From: Rhynchobatus australiae
Taxonomy: Eukaryota
Direction of reading: 5' to 3'
Length of the DNA stretch: 64,000 nucleotides
Assembly: GCA_034780895.1 (NCBI GenBank)
Contig: JAUZTB010000084.1
Coordinates: 3,668,314 to 3,732,313, forward strand
Shown here: one piece after another, positions 51,376-63,730 of the stretch
Layout: each line of letters begins with the position of its first letter
How positions within the stretch are numbered: position 1 is the first letter of the stretch
Position numbers and translations under genes: made by a program
The notes under the pieces: model-generated
Databases searched by the model: none
Told to the model about the DNA's origin: nothing
What the model saw: only the letters and a program-made list of their open reading frames with translations

Positions 51376-54300
51376 TAAATTAAAATATATGTAAGAAAAT
51401 GTGTGAGGCCCTCAACCTGCCTGGCTGATTGTTCTAATGATAAATGCTTTTACGGTTACTCAAAATGCAATCAGCTACTCTAATGAAAAAATTAAGGCAT
51501 CAGATAGGACACAAATTATTTCTTGAAACAATATATTTTGATGGTGATCTGAAATTCATGCTGAATTGAGGTTAAGGGATAAAGGAAGCTGCCTTGAATC
51601 CCATATCTGCCAGGATTTCAGCTCATTTCTGTTGTATCCCCTTCCTAGTCTACTGCAGAAACTCCACCTGGCAGATCAAGTGGGATTTGAGCTTCCTAAG
51701 AGCTGGTACAAATTGCATTTCGATCTTTAGGAAAGCTGTGCAACTACCACCAAAATGAAAGAAATAATTTATACCAGTCCATTTAAGAAAGACTTTGGCT
51801 TTCCCCTTCAGAGTGGAATGAAATGTATCTACCTTATCTGTTTAATGCTTCCTGAATATTAATGTGCGTTACAGAGGATGAGAATGGGTGTATATGTTGG
51901 CTGAGTGCCTCTCTGAACAAGTTCTTTTGCAACAACGTCAAAGAACTTGCAGGGATCAACAGAATCAATAAAAGGTAACCTTGAAATCAACCCTGAAGAA
52001 ACCTGGGATTGATGGAGGTATATGGTGAAATTCCATAATGTAGAAACCATTCTGTCTACAAGCAACATATGTTTAAGAGATCCTACAACTTTGAAGAAAT
52101 TTATCTCTCTCAGGCATTGTAGAAGAGAGAAAAGAGAAGTCCCAAGGGACAAGGAATGATGATGAATATGGCCATATTTTCCTTTAATCAACATGTGCAA
52201 CACCATGGGTTGTGCCTTGAAGTCATAAGCCACCGTAGGGTTCACAAGTTACCCTGATTCTAAATAGGACAACGTGGAAGAGAATATCCTTACAAGACAT
52301 GTCAAGACTGTAAAATGGGAAGGGACACTGTCAAGTGGATGGCTCCTTTGCACACTAATAGGTGTCTTTTGTCTGGCTTGTCAGGAACTGAAGCTGAGCT
52401 GAGCCTGCAGCAGAAGATGAGATCAGCAGCTGGGCTCAGTAATGGTAGACAGTGATATTCTGCTGGATTTTCTCAGTAAAGCAGGAATCTTGGAATCTCA
52501 GTCTATGTTTGTATATAAGAATAATTTTTGAAAGTTTCAATCGTCTTTCTATCAGTGAAAATCACTGGAATTTGAATAATGATTGCTGGGTGGCTTCCTT
52601 TATACATTACATTTAATAGAAAGTGGATGTTGTCTTGCAGATCCATAAGGAAGTTGTACACTCTTCCATGAATTTGAAGTAATCTGAGATTTGAAGATTT
52701 CTCTGTGCTTGTACCTTCTATCCGCCATGTTGTTCTTTTGTATCCAAGATTCAATCTGCGTCAGTGATGTTGATTGACATAACATTAATTCACTTATGTC
52801 CTGCCACAACCTTGTAAAAGCAAATAGAACTACCAGCAACATTAGAGGTAAAACAAAAGACATAAGAATAATTCATATTCTGTAATGTTTGTCTTTGATA
52901 TTAAATTCTGCTTAAATCATTCACCTGTCCAGCTGTTGGGCACAGACATTCCTCGGTACATTTCCAACTGATTCTTCCTTTGCTTTTCCTCTTCTTTGAC
53001 ATTTCTCATTCAAACTGTCAATTTCTGTGTTTTTTTTTTCATTAAATTGTTGAAGAATTCACGTAAATGGCTGTGCTCCAAACTGCTGGACCCAAGCAAA
53101 ACTGAACAATTTGCCTTTACTGAGTATCTTTATCACTGTAAAATGTCCCAACATGCAGCTCAACTTTGACAACAAGCTAAATTCCAGAATTTACTTAACA
53201 TGCCATCACTTCGGCATATTTTTGTGCTGTAAAACAAAGTTGATGTCTAATCCAAACCAAGATTTGGAAAAGTGATATTTATTCACAGTTCTTTCTCCAT
53301 GAATGGAGCTTCCACAGCATAAAAAAATCTCTGACTGAAGAGTGTGATGAATAAGTGGGATCTGCTAATCTCACATTACTGCCAACTGGATGAAAAGCAG
53401 ATAGGCCAGAAATTCATACTGTAAATTGCACTTTTACTGAAAAAGAGTAAAGTAACATTAAATACCTAATTGTGATGTTTTAACATACATTTATACAAAG
53501 GAAATACAGAGGGCAACTTTGAAGTTCCCTTAAATTTTAGCAGTTAGCTTAGGAAAAGATATGAGAATAGAGGTATGGTAGGGTAATTTGGTAATGCCAA
53601 ATTTATGATTTCAAACCTTGGTTATAAAGCACAGCACAAGCCTATTGTGTTTCATTTTGGTGCANNNNNNNNNNNNNNNNNNNNNNNNNNNNNNNNNNNN
53701 NNNNNNNNNNNNNNNNNNNNNNNNNNNNNNNNNNNNNNNNNNNNNNNNNNNNNNNNNNNNNNNNNNNNNNNNNNNNNNNNNNNNNNNNNNNNNNNNNNNN
53801 NNNNNNNNNNNNNNNNNNNNNNNNNNNNNNNNNNNNNNNNNNNNNNNNNNNNNNNNNNNNNNNNNNNNNNNNNNNNNNNNNNNNNNNNNNNNNNNNNNNN
53901 NNNNNNNNNNNNNNNNNNNNNNNNNNNNNNNNNNNNNNNNNNNNNNNNNNNNNNNNNNNNNNNNNNNNNNNNNNNNNNNNNNNNNNNNNNNNNNNNNNNN
54001 NNNNNNNNNNNNNNNNNNNNNNNNNNNNNNNNNNNNNNNNNNNNNNNNNNNNNNNNNNNNNNNNNNNNNNNNNNNNNNNNNNNNNNNNNNNNNNNNNNNN
54101 NNNNNNNNNNNNNNNNNNNNNNNNNNNNNNNNNNNNNNNNNNNNNNNNNNNNNNNNNNNNNNNNNNNNNNNNNNNNNNNNNNNNNNNNNNNNNNNNNNNN
54201 NNNNNNNNNNNNNNNNNNNNNNNNNNNNNNNNNNNNNNNNNNNNNNNNNNNNNNNNNNNNNNNNNNNNNNNNNNNNNNNNNNNNNNNNNNNNNNNNNNNN

Positions 54301-54449
54301 NNNNNNNNNNNNNNNNNNNNNNNNNNNNNNNNNNNNNNNNNNNNNNNNNNNNNNNNNNNNNNNNNNNNNNNNNNNNNNNNTCTTGGTCAAGTGAGTGTGG
54401 GTCTGAGTCTGCGAGGACTGTGGACAGCAGGCTTGGTCCAACAAAAAAC

Positions 54450-55185
54450 AGGTGTCATTTATTGCATCCGGTGCTCCCAGAGCAGCCTCCTCTACATCGG
54501 TGAGACCTGATGCAGATTGGGGGATTGCTTCATTGAGCACCTTTGCTCCATTCCCTGTACCAACTGGGATATCCCAGTGGCCAGCCATTTTAATTCTGCT
54601 TCACATTCCCACAGTGATATGTCCATGGCCTCCTCGACTGCCATGTTGAGGCTAGACACAGATTAGAGGAGCAGCACCTCATATTTCGCCTTGGTAGTCT
54701 CCGACCTGATGGCATGAACTTCGACTTCTCTAACTTCCAGTAACCAACCTCCTCTGTTCCTTTTTTTCTCCATATCCCTCCAGCCCCATCACCCCATTTC
54801 TTTCCCCTCCTCCTGCTCTCTTGATCTGCCCATCGCCCACACATTCCTCCCACCGGTTCCTCTCCTCAACTCCTTCCCTTTATTCCTTGGTCCACTATCC
54901 TGTCCCATCAGATTCCATCTTCTTCAGTCCTTCCAACTATCACCTCCCAGCTTCATTCATCATTTTTTCTGCTCTTCCCCCTCCCTCACTTGCCTATCAA
55001 CCCCTCACCTGGATCCACCTATCACCCGCCAGCTCTTGATGCACCCCTTCCCCCCATGTTTTTTTTCTGGCTACCTCCCTCTTTCTTTCCAGTCCTGATG
55101 AAAGGTCTAGACCCGAAACATCGACTGTCCATTTCCCTCATAGATACTACCTGACCCGATGAGCTCCTCCAGCTTTTTGTGTGGC
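54450..55185 (+). mobile_element. Penelope-like element: GIY-YIG endonuclease remnant plus pLTR
   Basis: GVIYCIRCSQSSLLYIGET and LEEQHLIFRLGSLRPDGMNFDFS, followed by a pyrimidine-rich tract and the pLTR end. Confidence 0.92.
55091..55126 (+). ncRNA. Minimal type I hammerhead ribozyme motif in the Penelope pLTR
   Basis: AGTC-CTGATGA-aaGGTC-ta-GACCc-GAAA-C-ATC-GACT: stem I AGTC/GACT, core CUGAUGA and GAAA, stem II GGTC/GACC, NUH triplet AUC. Confidence 0.7.
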
Positions 55186-55199
55186 TGGTACACAGAACC

Positions 55200-55985
55200 A
55201 AGGTTGATGCTCCTGTGCAGTATTAAAGCTCAATTGTCAAAGTTGCCATCCTTATGGAGGCGACATTAAAGTGCTTTCTCAGATGAACATAAAAGATCTC
55301 ATGACATTATTCTGAAGAATAACACATGAGTCCTGACAAATGTTTATCTCTCAGTCAACATCACTTCTCACTTGAGGAATAGCTCGTCATCTTCTTTCTG
55401 GGCATGATGCAGCCTTCTGAGTTCAGTATCAAATTCAACAATTTCAAGTTACTTGGTTCCTCTATTTGTGTCAGAACTGGCCAGTTCTGCTGGAGGTATG
55501 CATCTGTAATGTTAACATTGTTTTTTCTCTTCCACTAACACTACCTGATATGGCAGGCATTTGTTACACCCTGACCTGTGTTTCATATATGTTTATATGT
55601 TCCTTTGTTTTCTCTTTCTCCTACTGCCTTTCATCAACAGCTTATCATCACAGCAACCCTGGTCTCGTCCAACTGGAAATATTCCCAAAGTCCCATCCTC
55701 TCTGCAACTTAAAATTCTGTTTCTCAGTTCTGACAAAGGGTCTTTGACTTGAAAGGTTTTCTCTGTTTCTGATTCCAAAAATGATGCTTGAGTGTTTCCA
55801 GCATTTTCTGTTCTTGTTTTAGATTTCCAGAATCTACAGTCTTTTGATTTTTATTCACTAAAAACAGATTTTCAGGGGATTAACACATTGCTGTTGTGGC
55901 AGCTTGCCAGGACTGTGTTACTTACAATATAAATTGTGACAACATCTAAATTATCAGCTTAGGCTATGAAACTTTTTGGTTTGAA
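55200..55985 (+). mobile_element. Deu-type SINE split into 55200-55370 and 55855-55985
   Basis: 'aaaagatctcatgacattattctgaagaa...tttatctctcagtcaacatcact' resumes as 'cactaaaaacagatt...cacattgctgttgtggcagcttgc'. Confidence 0.55.
55480..55852 (+). mobile_element. Penelope-pLTR-derived repeat
   Basis: Decayed hammerhead motif 'agttctgacaaagggtctttgacttgaaa' at 55726-55754; end 'ttccagcattttctgttcttgttttagatttccag'. Confidence 0.6.
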
Positions 55986-56122
55986 TGCCTAGCATCTGTA
56001 CACCTTAAACTTTGGTCATTAATAGAACAGTGAAAGTGGTCCATATAGAGTATTTTACAGTCAACTGTGCATGATGCTTTTCACAGTTGTAACTAATAGA
56101 AAATCTTTGTTTTTCTTTGTAG

Positions 56123-56229
56123 AGTGCACCATCAAGGGTGTATCCTGCGAGCTGTAGTTTATCTCATGAGTGTGGATAAGATATATAAACTCCTCTCCAA
56201 TCAGTAATATATAAATATACATGGGTAGA
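56123..56229 (+). other. Candidate exon
   Basis: Strong acceptor 'ctttgtttttctttgtag'. Possible donors after 56203 (gtaata; 81-nt open frame VHHQGCILRAVVYLMSVDKIYKLLSN) or after 56229 (gtaagc). Confidence 0.25.
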
Positions 56230-56837
56230 GTAAGCTGCATTTATTCTTTATCGAGCATTTATTATCCTGGTGTTAGATGTCATAACAGACTGACAAATGG
56301 GAAGCTTCAGTAATCAAACCAGGCATTTCAGCTGAAATTATATAGATTAAAAAGAGGTAATATTGGGTTTTATTTCAATACAGTAGTATACCATTAAGAT
56401 GTTATATTAGGAATAAATAATAGCAGTGCAGCGAGCTAAATTACAATAAATAGAGGTTCGGCCATTATCTCAGTGGGGCTTCAATGATTTTGCTATTTCA
56501 ACTAGTGCATGTGTTAATTCTGTATTTAAACAGCTCAGTAATCCAGTCTTCTTAATGAAATCACAAAGAAACACATTTTTCAGTCATAGGATTATGTAGA
56601 ATATGCATAGAAAACAGACCATTTTGTCCAACTTGCCAATGTTGGGCATTTTACTCCCCTTGAGTCATGATAGGTGGACTGGTTTGCTAGTGGTTCATTT
56701 AATAACTGAATCAGCTGGTGTGGTAGTGAGCCATAAANNNNNNNNNNNNNNNNNNNNNNNNNNNNNNNNNNNNNNNNNNNNNNNNNNNNNNNNNNNNNNN
56801 NNNNNNNNNNNNNNNNNNNNNNNNNNNNNNNNNNNNN

Positions 56838-57272
56838 CTGAATCTCCTTAAACTTCTAAGAAAGTAGAAGTGCTGGTGTGCCTTCTTCATGGTTGTATCT
56901 ATGTGCTTGGCCACCATAGATCCTTTGAGATATTGACACCCAGGAACTTGAAGCTGCCCACCCTTTCCTCTACAGACCCTTCAATGAGGACTAGTGCGTT
57001 TTTGCCTGACTTTCTCTTCCTAAAGCCCATAATCACTCACTTGGTTTTGCTGATATTGGGCACAAGGTTATTGTTATGACATCACTCAACCAGCTGACCT
57101 TTCTCATTCATGAACACCTCTTCATCACCATCCATGATTCTGTCAACAACAGTGGTGTATTGGTGAATTTGTAGATGGTGTTAGAACTATGCTTAGCCTC
57201 ACAGCCATTGGTATAGATAGAGTAGAGCAGGGGGCTAACCAGCAGCCCAGAGGTCCGCCTGTGTTGATGGTC
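56838..57272 (-). mobile_element. Rex1/Babar-type LINE RT fragment
   Basis: SPLLYSIYTNGCEAKHSSNTIYKF and KKAHQHFYFLRSLRRF. Confidence 0.8.
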
Positions 57273-57911
57273 ATTGAGGTCATGGTCATTTCCGACCTTA
57301 GACGTACATAGGAATGCCATAATCTTCAGGTTCACCCTTCATATTGCATGCTATCCTGACTGGGAAATATATTGTACTTCCTTCATCACCCCAAGAGCAG
57401 GAATAGGCGACTCAGCCCCTCAAGCCTGTCCCATCATTCAATATGATCATGGCTGAGCTATGGTAGCCTCAACTCTTCTTCTATACCAGTTTCCCATAAA
57501 TCTTTCAAATATTCATCTATCCTCTCTTTAAATATATCGAATGATCTGGCCTTCACCATGCTCTGGGGCAGAGAATTGGAGAGATTCATTACTCTGAGAG
57601 AAGGATTTTCAATGCACCTCAGGTTTAGATGACCAGCTCCTTATTTTGCAGCTATGCCCCTTGTTCATTACTTTCCCACTTGTGGAAACTAGACAAGCTC
57701 CCTAAGGATCTTAAATAAGTTCATCTTAAATGTTTAAATAAGGTCATCTCTCATTCATCTAAATTCCAAAGAATGTAAACTATCTCCCCTCTCTTGATAG
57801 GACAACCCTCTCATCCCAGGAAATAGCCTGGTGAATCTTTGGACAACCACCATTACTACCATGTCCTTTATTAGGCAAGAAGACCAAAATTGGGTGGAGT
57901 ATTCCAAGTCA

Positions 57912-58050
57912 GAGACTCAAAAAGTGCTGGAGGTCAGGCAGCATCCATGGAGGGAAATGAATGGTCAACATTCTGGACCAAGACCCTTCATCAGGACTGG
58001 AAAGAAGAGGGCAGAAGCCAGAATAAGAAGGTGGGGGGAGGGGGAGGAGC
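57912..58050 (-). mobile_element. Penelope pLTR fragment with decayed hammerhead motif
   Basis: Minus strand reads AGTCCTGATGAAGGGTCTTGGTCCAGAATGTTGACC at 57998-57963. Confidence 0.7.
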
Positions 58051-58148
58051 ACCCTGTACAACAATAACAAAACTTTCCTATTCTTAAACTTCAACATGTA
58101 GTTTGCTTTCTTAACTATTTATTGGACCTGCCTGCTATCTTCTGTGAT

Positions 58149-58435
58149 TATAGAAACATAGAAAACCTACNNNNNNNNNNNNNNNNNNNNNNNNNNNNNN
58201 NNNNNNNNNNNNNNNNNNNNNNNNNNNNNNNNNNNNNNNNNNNNNNNNNNNNNNNNNNNNNNNNNNNNNNCTGCTATCTTCTGTGATTATAGAAACATAG
58301 AAAACCTACAGCACAATTTAGGCCCTTCAGCCCAAAAAGCTTTGCCGAACATATCCCTACCTTAGAGACCCATAGCCCTCTATTTTTCACAGCTTTATAT
58401 ACCTATCCAAAAGTCTCTTAAAAGACCCTATTGTA
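58149..58435 (-). mobile_element. Younger CR1 3' end nested in the older CR1
   Basis: 'atagaaacatagaaaacctacagcacaatttaggcccttcagccc'. Confidence 0.8.
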
Positions 58436-59555
58436 TTATGCACTAGGATATCTTGATCCTCTGTGCTTCACTTATTTGCTGTCGCTCTGCATTTAGGTGA
58501 TAATATGCCTTTTGATTCCTCTTACCAAAGTGCATGACCTCACATTACATTTCACTCAATAACTCAATTTACCTATGTCCCATTGCAGAATCACAATGTC
58601 CTCATCATAACTTGCCCTTCCACCCATTTTCGTATCATTGACAAACTTGGAAACCTTACGTTTTGTTCCCTCCTCCTGGTTATTAACGTAAATAGTAGAC
58701 AACTGAGGGCCTAGAATCAATCCCTGGGGTACTCCACTAGCTACATTCCTTCAGCCTGAAAAGAACCTATTTATTACAACTCTTGTTTTCTCTGTGACAG
58801 CTAGTTTTCAATCCATGTTAGCTGAGGGATCTAAGCAATCTCATGGGCTCTAAGTACTGGGACCCCAGCAGCACCTTTACAATTCAAACCACAACAGGTG
58901 GTTTATCACCATCCTCTCAAGGGCAATAAATGTGTCAATGATATCCATAAATGAATAACAGAATTCTTGACTTCTGAGCCAGTAGAAATAATTTTTCTCC
59001 CAGCCTAGCTTTAATGTTTTTGAAAATGTGTTTCAAAACATCCCTTAATCTAAATTCCATGGTTTACCACCATATTTTGTGTCATCTCTCTTGATAATTG
59101 ATCCCATAGAGTACAGGCATCATTCTGGGATCAATAATGCAAAATGCTGTCTATTCTGGGAATCTGAAATAAAAGCAGATTATTCTGGAAGTCGTCCCCA
59201 TGAGGCATCTGTGGAGAGAGAATCAGCATTCATGTTTCAATTTCAGTCTGATAACATTTTACTGGGTCTTCTTAAATGCATATAAAGCAAATGTCAAGGA
59301 ATAATCATCACATTTTGTAATTTTAAGGAAATACCTGAGTTTTCCCAGCATTTTCTGGGGTGTAGGCAGGGCATATTTACTGCCCATATATGGTTTCTCT
59401 GACCACATTTCAGAGAACTTTGAGAGTAACTGCACATGTAGACTGTGATCATGTGTGGGACAGCTCAGGTCAGAGTGGCAGCTCCATTTCCCTGAAGAAG
59501 GTCAGTGACCTGGTTGGATTTTACAATAATGAAGCAATGTTTTTTTCTGTTGCTA

Positions 59556-59740
59556 GGCAGCACAGTGGCACAGCAGTTAGCACAGCTACTTCTCAGCTTC
59601 AGGGACCATGGTTTGATCTTGACCACTGAAACTCTCCCTGTAGGGTTTGCATGTTCTCCATGTGACCACATGGGCTTCCCATGGGTGCTCCAGTTTCCTT
59701 CTATCTCTCCCAGGTGGGTTAATTGGCTACTGTAAACTAC
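59556..59740 (+). mobile_element. Older V-domain SINE inside a minus-strand family A SINE (~59355-59810)
   Basis: 'ggcagcacagtggcacagcagttagcacagct...gtttgcatgttctcc...gggtgctccagtttcct'. Confidence 0.75.
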
Positions 59741-59989
59741 ATGAAATGAGTTGAAAAGTAATTTATTTCACAACTTGTCATAGTGAGATTTGAACACTTG
59801 TTAGTACAATACACTTCCATTCTTGGGTTAAGATCAAGGAAAGGTTTTGGTGATTTTAATGGCTTAATAAGTACTCAAAGACTGGATGTCTGGATGTGGG
59901 TTTTCTGCTTGTATTGATCCTTAACCTGCTTGACCAGTCAGCAACTTCACTTGCACTTGGATTTCCATATGTTGTTAATCAGTAGGGCA

Positions 59990-60185
59990 TCCATGATGGT
60001 TTACAGGAATGTTATCAAACAAAATTTGACATCAAGGCACATCAGGACAGATGACCAAAAGCTTGGTCGAAGAGGTAGACTATAAGGTATGTCTCAAAGG
60101 AGGAATGATGGAGAAGTTGAGGAAGTGAATTTCAGAATTTTTGATCTGTTTGCTGAAGATACAGTTGTCAATGGTGGAGTGACAC
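59990..60185 (-). mobile_element. L2-type 3' fragment
   Basis: 'caaaagcttggtcgaagaggtag...tcaaaggagga'. Confidence 0.5.
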
Positions 60186-62309
60186 TCACTGCAGTCAGGA
60201 GTAAATAAAACTGACAAAAACATTTAAGTTGTTGTTTAGTAAGTAATACAAAGTTTTAAAATGATTGCTGATGGGAGACACCCATTTTAAAAGAGAACTG
60301 CTAAAACTATAATTTTACTTTTTAAAGTACTTACAAGATTAAACTCCTCTTCTTGTCATTGCATGACCAAGAAAATGATTCAGTCAATATGAAATTTTGC
60401 AATGCACCAGAGTACACAAGCAAGAAACCTTAAGTATTCAACAACTATTCAGCTGGAGCTTTTCATAAATTTCTAAAGAATTGCAAACTTTTATGTTTCT
60501 TTTACATGCCATGAATTAAATCACAATCTTATACCAAAATATGATATCATCCTTTGTGACCCAGGAATGTACACGGAATTTCAAGTGAAATTACAAATAA
60601 TCCTTTAAATTTTGCAAATGATCTCTAAGTGGCTTTTAAGGCTTGAGAAGGATTTTCAACTTTGTAGTATTGCCCTGGGCATCCCAGGACATATGATTAG
60701 TAGTTGAGAATTCAACAAAAGATAACCCTCCAGCCATGTCAAATCTCAATGGAGCATCAGCATCAATATAAAGTGATGAACATAGAACATGAATTGATGC
60801 TATAGGTTCAGATGCTTCCACTTTCTCGCACATTTTTAATTGCAGTTTCTGCAATCTGGCAAACCAAAAGCATGTGTCACTCCCACACACTAGACAATTG
60901 CAGAGCAGAGTCATCATGGTTGTAATATTTGCGCAAATCTGATTTACCAGCACTGATAAATTAGACTGAAATGATCCAACTAAGGCCATGAGTTAATCAC
61001 AAATATAGTTGGGGTCGTGGTTGGTCATGTTCAGTTGCAAGAAGAGCCCTCCTCTTGCTTGTACTATTTAAGGGGACCCTCAATGAATTTCAGGGTTATT
61101 GGCGCTTGATTGGAAGGAAAAGTGGTTGTGAAGGTTTGGTGGAGTTTGATTATTGGGTGCAAATGGAGTTTTAGCTAGAGGGTAAGTTTAACCCTGTTTC
61201 ATCCAGGTATGAAAGGTTGAGGCCTTTCTATATCAAGAACAATACTCAAGATACTCTGCTTTTCCATCAATCGCCTCATAGAGATCTTAACATTTTGTAC
61301 CTGTACTAGCGGCTGCACATAGGACCAGATTTGCATCAATGAATTTTTCTTCCTTAGATTATTTCCAGATATGCTGGAGATGTGTAATTGAGCAATTTAT
61401 AGCCAGCTTCTCATTATTAAAGCAACAAACCAATTCAATGCTTTTTTTTCCTTGGGTGGTGAGCAGCAGGCAAAGCAGCAGGGATTGTCTGGGATAACAG
61501 TTTTCATGGTGGNNNNNNNNNNNNNNNNNNNNNNNNNNNNNNNNNNNNNNNNNNNNNNNNNNNNNNNNNNNNNNNNNNNNNNNNNNNNNNNNNNNNNNNN
61601 NNNNNNNNNNNNNNNNNNNNNNNNNNNNNNNNNNNNNNNNNNNNNNNNNNNNNNNNNNNNNNNNNNNNNNNNNNNNNNNNNNNNNNNNNNNNNNNNNNNN
61701 NNNNNNNNNNNNNNNNNNNNNNNNNNNNNNNNNNNNNNNNNNNNNNNNNNNNNNNNNNNNNNNNNNNNNNNNNNNNNNNNNNNNNNNNNNNNNNNNNNNN
61801 NNNNNNNNNNNNNNNNNNNNNNNNNNNNNNNNNNNNNNNNNNNNNNNNNNNNNNNNNNNNNNNNNNNNNNNNNNNNNNNNNNNNNNNNNNNNNNNNNNNN
61901 NNNNNNNNNNNNNNNNNNNNNNNNNNNNNNNNNNNNNNNNNNNNNNNNNNNNNNNNNNNNNNNNNNNNNNNNNNNNNNNNNNNNNNNNNNNNNNNNNNNN
62001 NNNNNNNNNNNNNNNNNNNNNNNNNNNNNNNNNNNNNNNNNNNNNNNNNNNNNNNNNNNNNNNNNNNNNNNNNNNNNNNNNNNNNNNNNNNNNNNNNNNN
62101 NATAAAGACCATGCAAACGTCTCACACAGCTTGTGTAATGATAGGAGTGTGGAGAGGAGGAGAGATGAATAGATGGCTTTAAAAATTATCATACAGGTTC
62201 ATGCCATTCCATGACAATACTTGGAAGGTAAGCTAAACAAATTAATTCAGCAAACAGTATTACAGACTTTATCTGTTATATCAAACGTAGATGTAATCCA
62301 GTGCCTTTG

Positions 62310-62816
62310 GTTGATGACCAACTCTTCCTAAAGGCTATTTATGATCAAACGTGTTACATGTAAGGTGCAGACAAGTTCGAAGAACCTTGAATGTCAAGGG
62401 ACATCGAGCACTGGATGTGGGCATCAAGGGAAGCAGATGGCAGATATAAAGAACTGCAAACAGAAGAGGCCTTTCAGGAGTCGAGTATGGTTGGGGGGGC
62501 AGTAATTGAAAAAGAAATTGGGAGGACAGAGCATTGTAAAATTATATCAAGGGCAAGAGGGTAGCCATAGTGAGAGTAAGGATCATTTGGGACCAAAAAA
62601 GCAATACTTTTGTGAAACTAAAGGACATAGGTGAGAAAATAAGTGAATACTTATCATCTGCGTTCAGAAAAGAGAAGGACATTCTCCTTTGTGAATACAG
62701 AGGAAAATTCAGAGAGAGGGTCAATGAAATTCCAGAACATGTCATTAAAAAAGAGGACTTATTAGATATCTGAGCAGGATTAAAGGTGAATAAATCCCCA
62801 GGGTCTGATGAGGTAT
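62310..62816 (+). mobile_element. CR1 ORF2 linker region, degenerate
   Basis: YIKGKRVAIVRV, ISEYLSSAFRKE, LKVNKSPGSDE. Confidence 0.75.
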
Positions 62817-63226
62817 TGTCACAACGTTGAGCAAAGAGCAAGCTCACAGAGAACTCAAATGCGGCACACTGGTACAAGACTGGAGTCAGGATACTTTCTC
62901 AGGACCAAACACAGGCAGCAACTGGAAGGAATCTTGCCTCAGGGATTTGAGGCAGAGTCCCAACGTGAACTGGATATCCAAAGAGGAACAGAGAAAGCAG
63001 GACTGCTCTAGAGTTGCCACTCTAAGCAACCAGGAGCCAAAGTATACCCAAAGGTTGACCAATATTCTGGTAACTAGTACTAGCGAAACCTAGGTACTTA
63101 TGCTAGGTCCCTGATGGGGCTCAGGTGTGTGTCGTTATGCAATCAGTCCAGCATAGAATCCATGTGCTGTACAACAAGGCATCATCAAAGGAGCCAAATT
63201 GAGGGCCAGTACTCGGAACCATGACA
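62817..63226. mobile_element. Candidate solo LTR, 410 bp
   Basis: Bounded by TGTCA...TGACA inverted termini; sits between two CR1 segments; no clean TSD. Confidence 0.5.
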
Positions 63227-63730
63227 GAGGATGTTCTTGCCATGGAGGGAGTGCAACTAGATCAATTCAATGGATTGCAGGATTGACATATGGGTGGGGG
63301 TGGGGGGAGGGCTGGTTTGGGTCAACTGGACCGATATTCCCTGAAATTTAGATGATTAAGGGGGGATCTCTTAGGAACCTATAACATTCAAACAGGACTG
63401 GACAGACGAGATGCAGGTAGCATGTTCCTGATGACTGGAGAGTCTGGAACCAGGGGTCACAGCTTCAGAATATGCAATATGCCATGTAGAGCTGAGATTT
63501 TCTTCACCCAGAGATGGTGAACCTACAGTGTTCTTTTCCATGAAAGGATTGGAGCCTGTGTAATTAAACACATTCAGGCAAGTAGATATGTTTGTTCATA
63601 CTTAAGGGATCAAGGGATATGAGGAGAAAGGAGCAACAGGGTACTGAAGTCGGTGATCAGTCAATATCACACTGAATGGTGAAGCAGAGCCAAATCACCT
63701 ACTTCTGTTGCAATTTTTTGTTTATGTTTC
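63227..63730 (+). mobile_element. CR1 3' end, degenerate
   Basis: DVLAMEGVQ, RGDLLGTYNI, ESGTRGHSF; tail 'ttatgtttc'. Confidence 0.8.

Larger units (their letters stand above)
57395..58815 (-). mobile_element. Degenerate CR1 with nested inserts
   Basis: CR1 tail reverse complement at ~57400; 'ggggtactccactag' (SGVP) near 58730; EYSTQFWS reverse near 57890. Confidence 0.75.

Noticed and set aside
53605-54588. Long ORFs of 258-325 aa; also those at 61359-62192, 28133-28637 and 39075-39484
   Set aside because: They are open only because they run through N gaps.
58132-58309. Identical ~39-bp sequence on both sides of a 100-N gap; similarly 24574-24723 and 43903-44026
   Set aside because: Typical unmerged contig overlap, so an assembly artefact rather than a biological repeat.
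60636-60989. 117-aa minus-strand ORF; also the 128-aa ORF at 51859-52245
   Set aside because: No recognisable motif or convincing splice context; compatible with chance or very old repeat debris.
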